A DNA stretch of 64,000 bases from Nitrosopumilus sp. Its GTDB lineage: Archaea > Thermoproteota > Nitrososphaeria > Nitrososphaerales > Nitrosopumilaceae. Position numbers and translations under genes: made by a program. The stretch covers positions 1,280,001 to 1,344,000 of the forward strand of contig OZ245040.1 of the NCBI GenBank assembly GCA_965224195.1, given 5' to 3'. Shown piece after piece: positions 52,920 through 62,706 of the stretch. Position 1 is the stretch's first letter; every line of letters starts with the position of its first letter. Under the pieces are notes generated by a model. It was not told the DNA's origin and ran no database searches. It saw only the letters and a list, made by a program, of their open reading frames with translations.

Positions 52920-53738
52920 ATGATTGTTTTGGTTACAATGTATGTTGATGAATCAGGGTCAGAAAGCTACAAGGATTCTACCAAGTATTTTGTATTGTCA
53001 GGAATCATAGTTTCCGATGACAAAATAAAGAAGATTCAACGATCTTCTTTTGAATACAAACTGAAATATTTTATTGACAAATACATAGATTCAGAGATTC
53101 ACACACATGACATCTATCAATCTAAAAATGATTTTTCAAGTTTGAATTTAATCAAGAAACAAGAGATACTAAATGCATTATACAAAATGATCAACACACT
53201 GAATATTACCATAATATCTATAGTAATTAACAAAGAGTTGTTGAAATCACAATATCCAAGTTGGAAGGTAATTGATACTGCATGGATATATCTGATAGAA
53301 CGTTTTGACAAATTTTTAGAATGTAATGACGAGATTAATGGCAGTATCAAAATCGACAAGAGTACACATCGATCTCAGAGATGCATCTTTGATGTAATTG
53401 ATGATGTAAGAAAAAATGGAACTGACTTTCAACGAAGGGCATGTATAGATAATATCCAATTTGTTGATTCTTCTGGTGTTGAGGGAATTCAGATTGCAGA
53501 TGCTGTTGCATACTGTTCATTGATGCATGCAAAGAACAACAATGCCTTTGAAGATTATTGGAATTTGATCAAGTCTAAAATTCGACAAAGCAGTGATGGA
53601 CACACAAAAAGTTATGGATGGAAAGAATTTCCAGGATTTTTAAAAAACAAGAGCATGCAACAAGGAACCCCCCATTCAACACACTCTCTCGTAATGCGAC
53701 CCGCATCACTTGACATTAATACAGCAGCATACTATTAA
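52920..53738 (+). CDS. DUF3800-domain protein (RNase H-like fold)
   Basis: MYVDESG, YFVLSG, EIH, ERF, FVDS...IQIADAVAY and YGWKEFP motifs. Confidence 0.88.
   Translation: MIVLVTMYVDESGSESYKDSTKYFVLSGIIVSDDKIKKIQRSSFEYKLKYFIDKYIDSEIHTHDIYQSKNDFSSLNLIKKQEILNALYKMINTLNITIISIVINKELLKSQYPSWKVIDTAWIYLIERFDKFLECNDEINGSIKIDKSTHRSQRCIFDVIDDVRKNGTDFQRRACIDNIQFVDSSGVEGIQIADAVAYCSLMHAKNNNAFEDYWNLIKSKIRQSSDGHTKSYGWKEFPGFLKNKSMQQGTPHSTHSLVMRPASLDINTAAYY
53645..53715 (-). ncRNA. Candidate DUF3800-associated small RNA (strand inferred)
   Basis: GC-richer segment just after the conserved KEFP end, containing GGAACCCCCCATTCA and hairpin ATGCG-ACC-CGCAT; minus-strand TATA-like element upstream and T-tract downstream. 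Confidence 0.4.
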
Positions 53739-53954
53739 AATGTACATTTAAGGATTAACGAGGTATGATAAGAAATATGGATCTTCTCCAAATTTGAACC
53801 GAAATTTACGAAAAATTTTCGGAACTAGTAAGTTTGCGGTAGATAATTCTGCCTGGAAAGTGTCGGTAGATACCTAATAACGCCAATCAAAAACGATATT
53901 TGTGTCAGGCAACAAGTACGTAAATTCTGTATCTGATGAGTATTTTTTAAAACA

Positions 53955-54158
53955 ATGGTAAAGCCTAGCATTATTTATTATCAAATTGATTATGATGAAG
54001 ATTCTAAAATCTATACTGGTTATTGCTCAAGTATGAGACCAGTACGATTTTCAGACAAAGATGAATCCAAAGTAAAAGAACTAGTGGAAGATGGAATAGA
54101 TGTATATCTAGAGAAATATCCTAATTTCTCTGATAGTTTCAACTCAAAAGAGGTTTAA
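53955..54158 (+). CDS. HicB-like antitoxin
   Basis: beta-beta-beta-alpha pattern: YQIDYDEDSKIYTGYCSSM...FSDKDESKVKELVEDGIDVYL. Confidence 0.65.
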   Translation: MVKPSIIYYQIDYDEDSKIYTGYCSSMRPVRFSDKDESKVKELVEDGIDVYLEKYPNFSDSFNSKEV

Positions 54159-54170
54159 TTATTTTGTGGA

Positions 54171-54421
54171 ATGAACAGCGTGTAGACTCCAAATCACGAT
54201 ATTTATCGTGTGAAAAAATCAATAAAAGTTTTTGAGAAATTAGGTTTTGGAATTACAGGTACTAAATCTGTTCTACTTTCTTTTTCAGATGAAAAAAAAT
54301 AGAAGATTTTATGCTGCCAAAAGCAGATGAGGGAGTATTATCAAAACACATTACCGATATTTTGGAAAAGATTGGTTTACTTATTGCCTACTTTGATTTT
54401 CTATATGATAGTACAGAATAA
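54171..54421 (+). pseudogene. Degraded HicA-like toxin
   Basis: MNSV*TPNHDIYRVKKSIKVFEKLGFGITG...(frameshift in an A-run)...EDFMLPK...ITDILEKIGL...FDFLY. Confidence 0.5.
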
Positions 54422-54610
54422 TTTACAAAACAAGAAACAGTAATTCAAAATGCGGCCAAGTCTGATCTACCTACACTTTCCAGGCAGAATTATCTACCGC
54501 AAACTTACCGGTTCCCAAAAATATGTACACTGTTCAATCTGCGGCGGTTTTGCCTTTTTTTAGGTACAAAATTTTGCTTATGGTGGATTGTCTGAATACG
54601 TATCAGAACC

Positions 54611-54811
54611 TTATTTTTCGTCTGCATGATTTTTAGGGTCTAAAATATACTCTACATCATCAGCTATCTGACGCGGAATAGCAGGCAGCGCAGTATCATG
54701 ACCTCTGAGGCCACTCCCCTTACTGCGTTGTATGTCCTCGATGGACAGTTGCAGTATTTCAAAGGCATCCTTCATTCTTTTCATCATTTCTTCGTATTCT
54801 GTGTGTATCAT
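54611..54811 (-). CDS. Hypothetical protein
   Basis: 66-aa ORF, GC-richer than background. Confidence 0.55.
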   Translation of the reverse strand: MIHTEYEEMMKRMKDAFEILQLSIEDIQRSKGSGLRGHDTALPAIPRQIADDVEYILDPKNHADEK

Positions 54812-54847
54812 TGTTTCAAAAAAATAAGGGTTAGGATGTTTTAAAAA

Positions 54848-55257
54848 TTAGACTATTCTATAGTAACCTGAGAAGTCTTCATTACCGGAGGTATCGGTTC
54901 CGGAAGATGGTTCGTAGGTTGTTTCAACTCCCCACAACAAAAGATTACCTGACTCTAAGCCACATACGCAGCTTTGATTATTGACATCAAATGCGCGGTT
55001 TATTACCACATCATTACATCTTTGTCCCTGTTGTGAAAGGTTCCTAACACCTATTTTTGCCTCCTCAAAGAATACATCAGTACATCCTATCCAGGCAGCC
55101 CATCCCATACTCTTTTCAGAAGTAAAGTCAGTTACCCATGATATGCTTGCACCTGAATTAGGTGCTGCAGTACCTATGCTACCTGCTCCACTGGAATACA
55201 TATGGACACTCCAATCATCACATTGTCTGTGGGATTTGTCAAAGGTAATTGTTGTAC
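54848..55257 (-). pseudogene. 3' part of a Ser/Thr/Gly-rich (likely extracellular) protein truncated by the IS remnant
   Basis: Frame stays open upstream of the ORF-track start (GTTITFDKSHRQCDDWSVH) until it meets transposase sequence. Confidence 0.55.
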
Positions 55258-55862
55258 CTTCAAGAACTGCAGCAAAAAGGAATCTGGAGGAAGATTCTAT
55301 CTGAACTAATCAAAACAGCTCACAAGTACAGCAAGATTAACATGCAGAAAATATCAGTTGACTCATCAACAATCCACAATAAAAAAGGGGCGACGTAACC
55401 GGATATGACGGATTCAAGAAGATTCTAGGCACAAAGATACATGTTGCAGTAGAGCAAAATGGATTGCCAATATCAATTGTAATGAGTCCTGCAAATAAGC
55501 ATGACAGTACCAAATTCATTGACGTTATGGAAAACATTTCAGAATTCATAGATGATAAAATGGCTCAACAAATTATTTCAGTCTATGCAGACAAGGGTTA
55601 TGATGCTGCATACATTAGAAATTATTTGAGATGTAATGGAATTGGATGTTGTATTCCATACAAGAGTAATTCCAAATTTATCGTACCAAAAAAACATACA
55701 GAACAATACAGCAAGACAAGGTTTGTAGTGGAACGGTTCTTTGCATGGTTGAAAAATGGTTTGCACAGAACAAGAATTAGATATGAGAAGAATTGTGATA
55801 ACTATCTGGGATTTGTTTACTTGGCATGTATCATGATGTATTGGAGGGTTTTAGGATAAGTT
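55258..55862 (+). mobile_element. 5'-truncated IS5-family element (two-ORF transposase with AAAAAAGGGG frameshift site)
   Basis: ORFA remnant LQELQQKGIWRKIL...ISVDSSTIHNKKGAT*; -1 frame GYDGFKKILGTKIHVAV...HD...ADKGYD...RFVVERFFAWLK...RYEK. Confidence 0.88.
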
Positions 55863-56168
55863 GATAATCTGTCTCCACAAACATGAGGATCAGATTCCAC
55901 TCCGCCTTCATATCCAAAAGATTCCTGTACTCCAATGATTCCAACTAAAACTAGTAGAATTACTGCCCACACAAATCTGATTTCTCATAAGAACCTCATA
56001 AAGTTTTCTACTCTTGAGTTCCGTTATCTAATGTGGTAACCGTCTTGATGGCAATTGTCTTTAGTAGATAACAGTAATTTGATAAGCATAAGTTGATTTC
56101 TTTTTCCTGTTATCTCTGATGAGTATCTGAGATCGCGATCTATAAATCTTATGGATAAACTGTTCTTT

Positions 56169-57842
56169 CTATGGATTTGCAGTATTGATTGCACCTTGTG
56201 CTGCAGAACCTACAAGTGTTGCATATTTTGCTAATGCTCCTGATGTGTAGTTTGGTTTAGGTTTACTCCATGATTCTTTTCTTTTTGCCATCTCTTCTTC
56301 TGAAACATGAAGATCAATTGTGCTAGTTTCTGTATCGATTGTAATTTCATCCCCGTTTTTCACAAGAGCAATTGGTCCACCCACATATGCTTCTGGTGCA
56401 ACATGTCCTACCATGAATCCTCTAGTTCCTCCTGAAAACCTTCCATCAGTTACCATTGCAACTTTTTTACCTAAACCTTGACCTACAAGTGCTGCAGTAG
56501 TTGCAAGCATTTCTCGCATCCCTGGGCCGCCTTTTGGTCCTTCATATCTAATTACTACAACATCTCCTTCTTCTACATCTCCTTTGGCAACTGCATCAAA
56601 GGCATATTCTTCTCTATCGTACACTTTGGCTTTACCTGTAAATTTTGTCATCTCTACACCTGCTGTTTTAATTACTGCTCCATCTGGTGCAAGACTTCCT
56701 TTGAGTACTACTGCAGTTCCTACTGAATGCAGTGGATTCTCAATTGGTCGAATAATTGATTGTTCAGGTTCTGGAATATTCATAGCGTCAAGATTTTGTT
56801 GAATTGTTTTCCCAGTTACTGTAATACAATCTCCATTTAGTAATCCATTAGCCGCTAATTTTTTGAGAACAAATGGAATTCCGCCAATTTTATCCAGACT
56901 GTTCATTACATAATTTCCACCTGGTTTCATATCTGCAATATGAGGCGTCTTTTTTCTAATTCTTTCAAAATCGTCATATGTCAATTTGATTCCAGCTTCG
57001 TTGGCCATTGATAACAAATGTAAAATTCCATTTGTAGATCCTCCTACTGCATTTAGCATTACAATTGAATTTTCAAATGCTTCATACGTCATAATGTCTC
57101 TTGGTTTAATGTTTAATTCTAATAATTTGGCACATGCAGCACCTGTGTCATAAACCATTTTGCTTCTACGTTTATCTTCTGCTGGAGGACTAGCACTACC
57201 TGGCAAAGCTAATCCGATGGCTTCTGAAATTGATGCCATTGTATTTGCAGTAAACATTCCACCACATGATCCAGAACTAGGACATGCCGTATTTTCAATA
57301 TTTTTTAGCATCTCTAAAGAGATTTGACCTGAATCATATGCTCCAACTGCTTCGTAAACATCTACAACTGTTAGTTCCTTACCATCTAGAATTCCTGGCA
57401 TAATTGTTCCACCATACACAAAGACTGATGGCAAGTTCAATCTGGCCATGGCCATCATTGTACCTGGTAAACTTTTGTCACAACCTGCTATTCCAACAAT
57501 TCCATCATACTGGTGGGCTCTGACCATTAATTCAATAGAGTCTGCAATAACTTCACGAGAAATCAAAGAAGATTTCATTCCTTCATGACCCATAGCAATT
57601 CCATCACTAACTGCAATTGTTGAGAAAATTCTTGGGGTCGCTCCGTTTTCTGCAACTCCTCTTTTTGCATCTTCAGCTAATGCTGGTAGTAATATGTTAC
57701 AAGGAGTTGCCTCATTTCCTGTATGACAAACTCCAATGAATGGTTTACTGAGATCGTTATCGTCTAGTCCCATGGCCTTGTACATGGCTCTATGAGGAGA
57801 ACGGGCTGTTCCATCAACTACATTCTTACTAGAAATTTCCAT
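56169..57842 (-). CDS. ilvD: Dihydroxy-acid dehydratase
   Basis: [47 protein letters not shown] and TDGRFSG motifs. Confidence 0.98.
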   Translation of the reverse strand: MEISSKNVVDGTARSPHRAMYKAMGLDDNDLSKPFIGVCHTGNEATPCNILLPALAEDAKRGVAENGATPRIFSTIAVSDGIAMGHEGMKSSLISREVIADSIELMVRAHQYDGIVGIAGCDKSLPGTMMAMARLNLPSVFVYGGTIMPGILDGKELTVVDVYEAVGAYDSGQISLEMLKNIENTACPSSGSCGGMFTANTMASISEAIGLALPGSASPPAEDKRRSKMVYDTGAACAKLLELNIKPRDIMTYEAFENSIVMLNAVGGSTNGILHLLSMANEAGIKLTYDDFERIRKKTPHIADMKPGGNYVMNSLDKIGGIPFVLKKLAANGLLNGDCITVTGKTIQQNLDAMNIPEPEQSIIRPIENPLHSVGTAVVLKGSLAPDGAVIKTAGVEMTKFTGKAKVYDREEYAFDAVAKGDVEEGDVVVIRYEGPKGGPGMREMLATTAALVGQGLGKKVAMVTDGRFSGGTRGFMVGHVAPEAYVGGPIALVKNGDEITIDTETSTIDLHVSEEEMAKRKESWSKPKPNYTSGALAKYATLVGSAAQGAINTANP

Positions 57843-57978
57843 AATATGTCAAATTTGAATTGCTATAATTTAGACTTTCGTCAGATTGTCAAAGGGTATC
57901 GGTTTACATGAAATTGTGTTATTTTAGGCACAAATCTACTTTGAAAACTTAATTCACATCTAAACAATATGGAATAGA

Positions 57979-58119
57979 TTGGTTTGTTTCAGATGTGATG
58001 GAAAAGGCGAGTACAAGAATCAATTTGGTATTATGGAAAAATGTGAGTCTTGTCAAAAAATGAGTATGAGTTTTGAAAAGGTGGATGCTGAAGCAGATTT
58101 AGATGAAGAAGGATATTGA
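57979..58119 (+). CDS. Small CxxCxGxG Zn-finger protein
   Basis: Read manually: LVCFRCDGKGEYKNQFGIMEKCESCQK...; start uncertain. Confidence 0.5.
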   Translation: MVCFRCDGKGEYKNQFGIMEKCESCQKMSMSFEKVDAEADLDEEGY

Positions 58120-58213
58120 GAAATTTTCAATAGAATGGCGTTACATAATTTACTGAGATTTTCTAATTGAGCACTTTCATTGAGTTTAAATTGTAAATAT
58201 TTTCAACATTTTC

Positions 58214-58414
58214 ATGGAACAAAAAGCACTAGAATGCCCAGTTTGTAAGAATAACAAAGCTGAGATTGCAGGAGATGACGTGAAACTTAGTGGACGATTT
58301 GAAGATAAGGAATTTCTTACAACAGAGTTGACTGTTCTAAGATGTTCTATGTGTGGATATTATATGATGTTTGACAAAACTGCTTCATCATTTACTACCA
58401 AAGATAAATCCTAA
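58214..58414 (+). CDS. Zn-ribbon protein
   Basis: CPVC ... CSMCGY. Confidence 0.75.
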   Translation: MEQKALECPVCKNNKAEIAGDDVKLSGRFEDKEFLTTELTVLRCSMCGYYMMFDKTASSFTTKDKS

Positions 58415-58419
58415 AAAAT

Positions 58420-59028
58420 TTATTTGACTAGTTCTTGATTGTCTAATTGTAACAAGTATTCATCTATCTCTTCAGGAGTTTCAGCACCATATACAATTAA
58501 CACTCTATCACCTTCCATGATTTCGTATTCTCTAATATCTGGTACTTGTTCACTGTTTATGAAGAATTTTAATTCATAATCTTCGTTTGAACAGAATTGT
58601 TTTCCATCTGTGAATACATAACATTGATCATCAAGACCTATTGCTAGAGTTTCAAATAGATAACCTAGTTTAACTCCTGTTGCATGTTTGTGAATTGTTG
58701 TCCCATCATTACCTTCAAAATGAATCCAACTTGATTTGATTTGGAATGCCGGACTTGCAAATTCAAATGTATCACCAAATATTTTTACCAAAAGTGCTGC
58801 GTGTGAGTGTTCACTTCCTAATGCCCCTGCGCCATCTGGACCTCCAGGTGCAGTTTCAGTCATGTTGAGGAACACGTAGACTGAATATCCAACGATTACT
58901 GTAATTATAGCTAGAACCCCTATTGCGATAAGAGTTTCTTTTCTTTTTGCTGCAGAATGTTTTGTAGCGTAGTTTTCACGTTTTACTTCACGCTCTTTTC
59001 TTTCTTTTCGGCCCATAGTATAATTCAA
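58420..59028 (-). CDS. Membrane-anchored conserved hypothetical protein
   Basis: Basic N-terminus, TM helix, EHSH, WIHFE and IHKHATG motifs, Cys pair. Confidence 0.8.
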   Translation of the reverse strand: MNYTMGRKERKEREVKRENYATKHSAAKRKETLIAIGVLAIITVIVGYSVYVFLNMTETAPGGPDGAGALGSEHSHAALLVKIFGDTFEFASPAFQIKSSWIHFEGNDGTTIHKHATGVKLGYLFETLAIGLDDQCYVFTDGKQFCSNEDYELKFFINSEQVPDIREYEIMEGDRVLIVYGAETPEEIDEYLLQLDNQELVK

Positions 59029-59127
59029 CTCGGAAATTTGCCCTAATTAACCATTCGTCACTTGTTTATTTCAAATTGAAGATATTGTATTGATTTTGAA
59101 TCTGTGAATATTTCTTGAAAAGAGTTA

Positions 59128-59280
59128 ATGTTGATCGATACTGTTTTTGACTAGACTCTTTGTAATGATATTCCTACTAAAACACATGTGAATTGCAAAG
59201 AGGGATTTATTCATGATTTTGTGTGGTTTGAGATACTATCCTCAAAAAGATGTATGCATTGTGGAAAAGAAGAAAATTAG
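59128..59280 (+). pseudogene. Small Zn-binding ORF with in-frame TAG
   Basis: MLIDTVFD*TLCND...CKEGFIHDF...KRCMHCGKEEN. Confidence 0.45.
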
Positions 59281-59378
59281 GCCATTGGGATTTACTTTCT
59301 ATAGTTAAGTTTTACACGCCTAAATCATATTAGTTTGAATTGAATAATAATAAATAAAATTACAAATCGCTGTTCTAT

Positions 59379-59783
59379 ATGGGATGTATTTTTTGTGATA
59401 TTTTGGACGGTAAACGCGATGGACATTTCTTGTATAAGGATGAATCACATGTTGCATTTTTAGATAAATATCCTATAGATGTGGGACACAGTTTGATAAT
59501 TCCAAGAAAACATCATGAAAGAATCACTGATATGGATTCTAAAGATGTTGGAAATGTATTTGCGATAGTTCCTAAAATTGCAAAGGCGATTTTAGATGCT
59601 ACAGGAGCTGATGCTTTTAGTCTTGGACAAAATAATGGACGTGCCGCAAAACAAATCATTCCTCATGTTCACATTCATATTATTCCAAGATATAATAGCA
59701 AGGGTACAGTGTGGACTAAACGCCAGATTTCTACTGATGCTGAACTTTTAGAATTGGCAAAAAAAATCCGTAGTCTTATTTAG
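59379..59783 (+). CDS. HIT-family hydrolase
   Basis: CIFC, GHSLIIP and HVHIHIIPR motifs. Confidence 0.95.
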   Translation: MGCIFCDILDGKRDGHFLYKDESHVAFLDKYPIDVGHSLIIPRKHHERITDMDSKDVGNVFAIVPKIAKAILDATGADAFSLGQNNGRAAKQIIPHVHIHIIPRYNSKGTVWTKRQISTDAELLELAKKIRSLI

Positions 59784-61056
59784 AATGACCTGGATTGTAT
59801 CTCAAAATAGCTCCAACTTTTCCTAAACTTGAAAGCATGTTTCCATGCTCTGCACTCCCAGAAACAACTTCTAACTGAGAACCAGCTTTTGATGATAGAA
59901 TTTGTAAATAATCTACAATATCTTGTTCGTTGACTTCAACATCCATAGTATTGCATCCTGGGCATGGTTTTGAAGAAAATTCCCTCTTTTTTGGAATTAC
60001 TAGTGGTCTTTCAACAATTTCTTCTTGGATATGTTGACAACGTTTGCATTTCCCCTCAACTCTGTGAAGATTTGTGTTATCAGTAATTAACAAAGTTTGA
60101 ACTACATTATTTTTTAGATACTCAATTACCTCTTGCAATCCGTAAGATCCTTTTCCGGTATTTGTATTAATTTCTCTAAACAAGTCTTCAACCATTTTCT
60201 TCTCTTCAACTAATCTGAAATTTCCTAAAATATCTGCAGATTTTGCAAAAGCTTCTCTGATACCCTCAGCTCCTGAATAGGATGCATCGATTGTATTGAT
60301 GATGTTATTTTGTAATCTATATTCTAGATAATTTCCATTTATGAAATCCTCTTTTGTAGGGCCTGGACCTGAAATGATTAATCCTTTTACTGGGTAAATA
60401 TCAATAAAATATTCTCTAGTAGTTTGTGCCACTCTGTTGTAAAAATAACTCAATTCCATCTCTCTTAGTTTTTGAAATCTTTTTGCAGACTGTCCACCTT
60501 GTCTGTGTTTACCTGCAACCCCTGAACCTGTCTGAGATAACACTTCAATTTTATCTCCATATAGTAATCCCCACCCTGCATCTTTTGCATCAATTGCTAA
60601 AAATCCAATTAGGTTGTCATCCTTTAACATGTCCTTTAGAATATCTACGTGGAAATGATCATCACATCTGTAAAGATATTGATTCAAATCTTTTGGGGGG
60701 TCTATCTCCCAAACTGTAACTATCTCACTTCCTAGAGGCCCACCTTCTTCTGGAGGTAATGCTCCACAAAACATAACCAGTCCTTTATCGGGGGTTTTTT
60801 TGTACATCTTTAGTCTTTGAACAACTTTACCTAGCGAATCAACAACATGTGATCTTGTTAAATCTGATTTGATATTATCTGCAGTTCCCTGCTCTTGTTG
60901 TAATGAATTGATAATTTCGTGTAGTTGCTTTCCTTTTGGAATATACACTGTGATTAGTTCAGTCCCTCTGCCTGATTTTTGAGATAACTCTTCTAAAGTT
61001 TTCCTGATTTTGTAAATTTTAACAGAATCTTGTTTTTCAATGTCAATCTTGGGCAT
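59776..61056 (-). CDS. prf1: Peptide chain release factor aRF1
   Basis: GRGTELIT, NIKS, YRCD, KHRQGGQSAKRF and GAILRY motifs. Confidence 0.97.
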   Translation of the reverse strand: MPKIDIEKQDSVKIYKIRKTLEELSQKSGRGTELITVYIPKGKQLHEIINSLQQEQGTADNIKSDLTRSHVVDSLGKVVQRLKMYKKTPDKGLVMFCGALPPEEGGPLGSEIVTVWEIDPPKDLNQYLYRCDDHFHVDILKDMLKDDNLIGFLAIDAKDAGWGLLYGDKIEVLSQTGSGVAGKHRQGGQSAKRFQKLREMELSYFYNRVAQTTREYFIDIYPVKGLIISGPGPTKEDFINGNYLEYRLQNNIINTIDASYSGAEGIREAFAKSADILGNFRLVEEKKMVEDLFREINTNTGKGSYGLQEVIEYLKNNVVQTLLITDNTNLHRVEGKCKRCQHIQEEIVERPLVIPKKREFSSKPCPGCNTMDVEVNEQDIVDYLQILSSKAGSQLEVVSGSAEHGNMLSSLGKVGAILRYNPGHSK

Positions 61057-61108
61057 TATGCTATGTCTCTAAATTGCGAATATATCTTTTTGATTAATTT
61101 TTCAAAAA

Positions 61109-61753
61109 TCATAATTCCGCAAATGTTTTTAGAAATACTTCTAAAGGTTGATTCCCTCGAATTTTAATAATTTTTTCTCCATTAAAGACCAAAAATGATG
61201 GCGTTGCATCAATTCCTATCTTTTTTCCAAACTCATGGATGGTTTTTACTTTGTTTTGGTATTTATAATCATCAAGACATTTGTTAAATTCATTTAAATC
61301 CAAATCCGCTGTATTTGCAAAATTTTCTAATGATTCTCTTGTAACCCAACCTGTTCTTTCTCCTCCCCAATTCTTGTACAATTCATCATGGTATTGCCAA
61401 TACTTTTCTTGGTCTTCTGCACAATACGATGCTTCTGCAGCAAGAAGTGAATCCGGACCATTTAGTGAAAAGTCTTTGAAAATTAATTTGACTTTACCTG
61501 TATTGATAAAATTTTCCTGAATTGTATTTAGAGTATTTTGATGAAATTTGTAACAAAATGTACATTGATAGTCTCCCTATTCTAAGATTGTAATTGGTGC
61601 ATTTGAATTGCCCATAATTGGGGAACCCCCATCAATCAAATTTGAGACTGTAAGTAAATTGGGCTCAGTTTCAGTTTCTGGATAAAATGCCAAAAACATT
61701 CCTGCAATTATTCCAATTAACACTGGAATGACTAGCACGTAAAATTGTACCAT
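61109..61753 (-). pseudogene. DsbA-family thiol-disulfide oxidoreductase with in-frame TAG just before the CxxC
   Basis: TM anchor, GNSNAPITILE*GDYQCTFC...GIDATPSF; TAG at 61577-61579. Confidence 0.88.
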
Positions 61754-61799
61754 ATATGAACAAATTTTATTTCAAGTAAATATCTTGTCTAATTTTATT

Positions 61800-62570
61800 T
61801 TAAATCTGGTTTTCTAATACTGTCATTATTTCTGATAATTTTTTACTGAGTTCTTTTTCTTCCTGATTGATAGTAATCTTGTCTAATTTATCAAACACTT
61901 CTGTATTGTTAATCATATGTTCTAATACATCCAGTGAAAATGGTTTTTCAATTACTGCAATTGCTTTGTTTATCTTTGTCAATACTTCAAGTAATGTTTT
62001 TTCAAGATGTCCTGATGCAAATATAATCTTTTGACGAGGATTGATATTTAGAATTTCTACTGCATCTTGTAAACCTGTCATAAATGGCATTTTTTGATCT
62101 AGAATCACCACATCAAAATAATTCTCTTCCTAATTAGTTAATTTCTTGTAGATATTTACACATTTTTGTCCGTCAGTAGCAGTTGTAATTTCTTTTCCCT
62201 TTGTTTCTAAAAATATCTTGCAGAGTTTTAGAATATCTGTATCATCATCTGCAATTAATAATTTTAATGATTTTTTTTCTATTGATTTTTGCTGTTGGAT
62301 ATTATCCTCTCCGATTTTTAGCATTTCTAATTTTATTGGGTCTAGGATTTTTGATTCTGCAAGTCTCCCAAAAACACCTTCAGCTAATCCTGCAAATAAA
62401 TCATAATTTGTGATAATTTCTTCTTCATTTCTACCACTGATTTTTACCATGGTTTGCATGATTGACTTGTATCCACTGCCTTCATACAGATCAATTAGCT
62501 CTCCTTGAATGATCTCTGAAAGTTGTTTTTCATATCTTTTATTTGGAGAGTCTGTATTTGATGTGCCCAT
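61800..62570 (-). pseudogene. Response regulator (receiver domain) split by in-frame TAG
   Basis: LLIADDD...YKKLTN*EENYFDVVILDQKMP...SG...KPF; TAG at 62130-62132 with both halves in the same frame. Confidence 0.85.
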
Positions 62571-62706
62571 TTTTCTAATTTTATTAGGATTTTTTAGATC
62601 AAAAAGAATAGTATGTATGATCGAATACAAACAGATTTTGTAAAAATAATCTAATTTCTTTATAAATAATACAGTCATCCAAGAGCTTAAATATATTCAG
62701 AGAAAC

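Larger units (their letters stand above)
53821..54515. mobile_element. 695-bp segment bounded by 51-bp inverted repeats (MITE-like or invertible cassette)
   Basis: 53821-53871 equals the reverse complement of 54465-54515 with 3 mismatches. Confidence 0.7.

Noticed and set aside
53821-54515. Casposon or autonomous transposon
   Set aside because: No casposase, polymerase or transposase lies between the inverted repeats, and no clear target-site duplication is visible.
55303-55321. Left terminal inverted repeat of the IS5 element
   Set aside because: It weakly resembles the right end but lies within transposase ORFA coding sequence, which begins ~45 bp earlier.
37464-62132. Stop-codon reassignment or readthrough to explain the many in-frame stops
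   Set aside because: TAA, TAG and TGA all occur as internal stops, all three also end intact genes, and some affected genes carry frameshifts too. Pseudogenisation is simpler.
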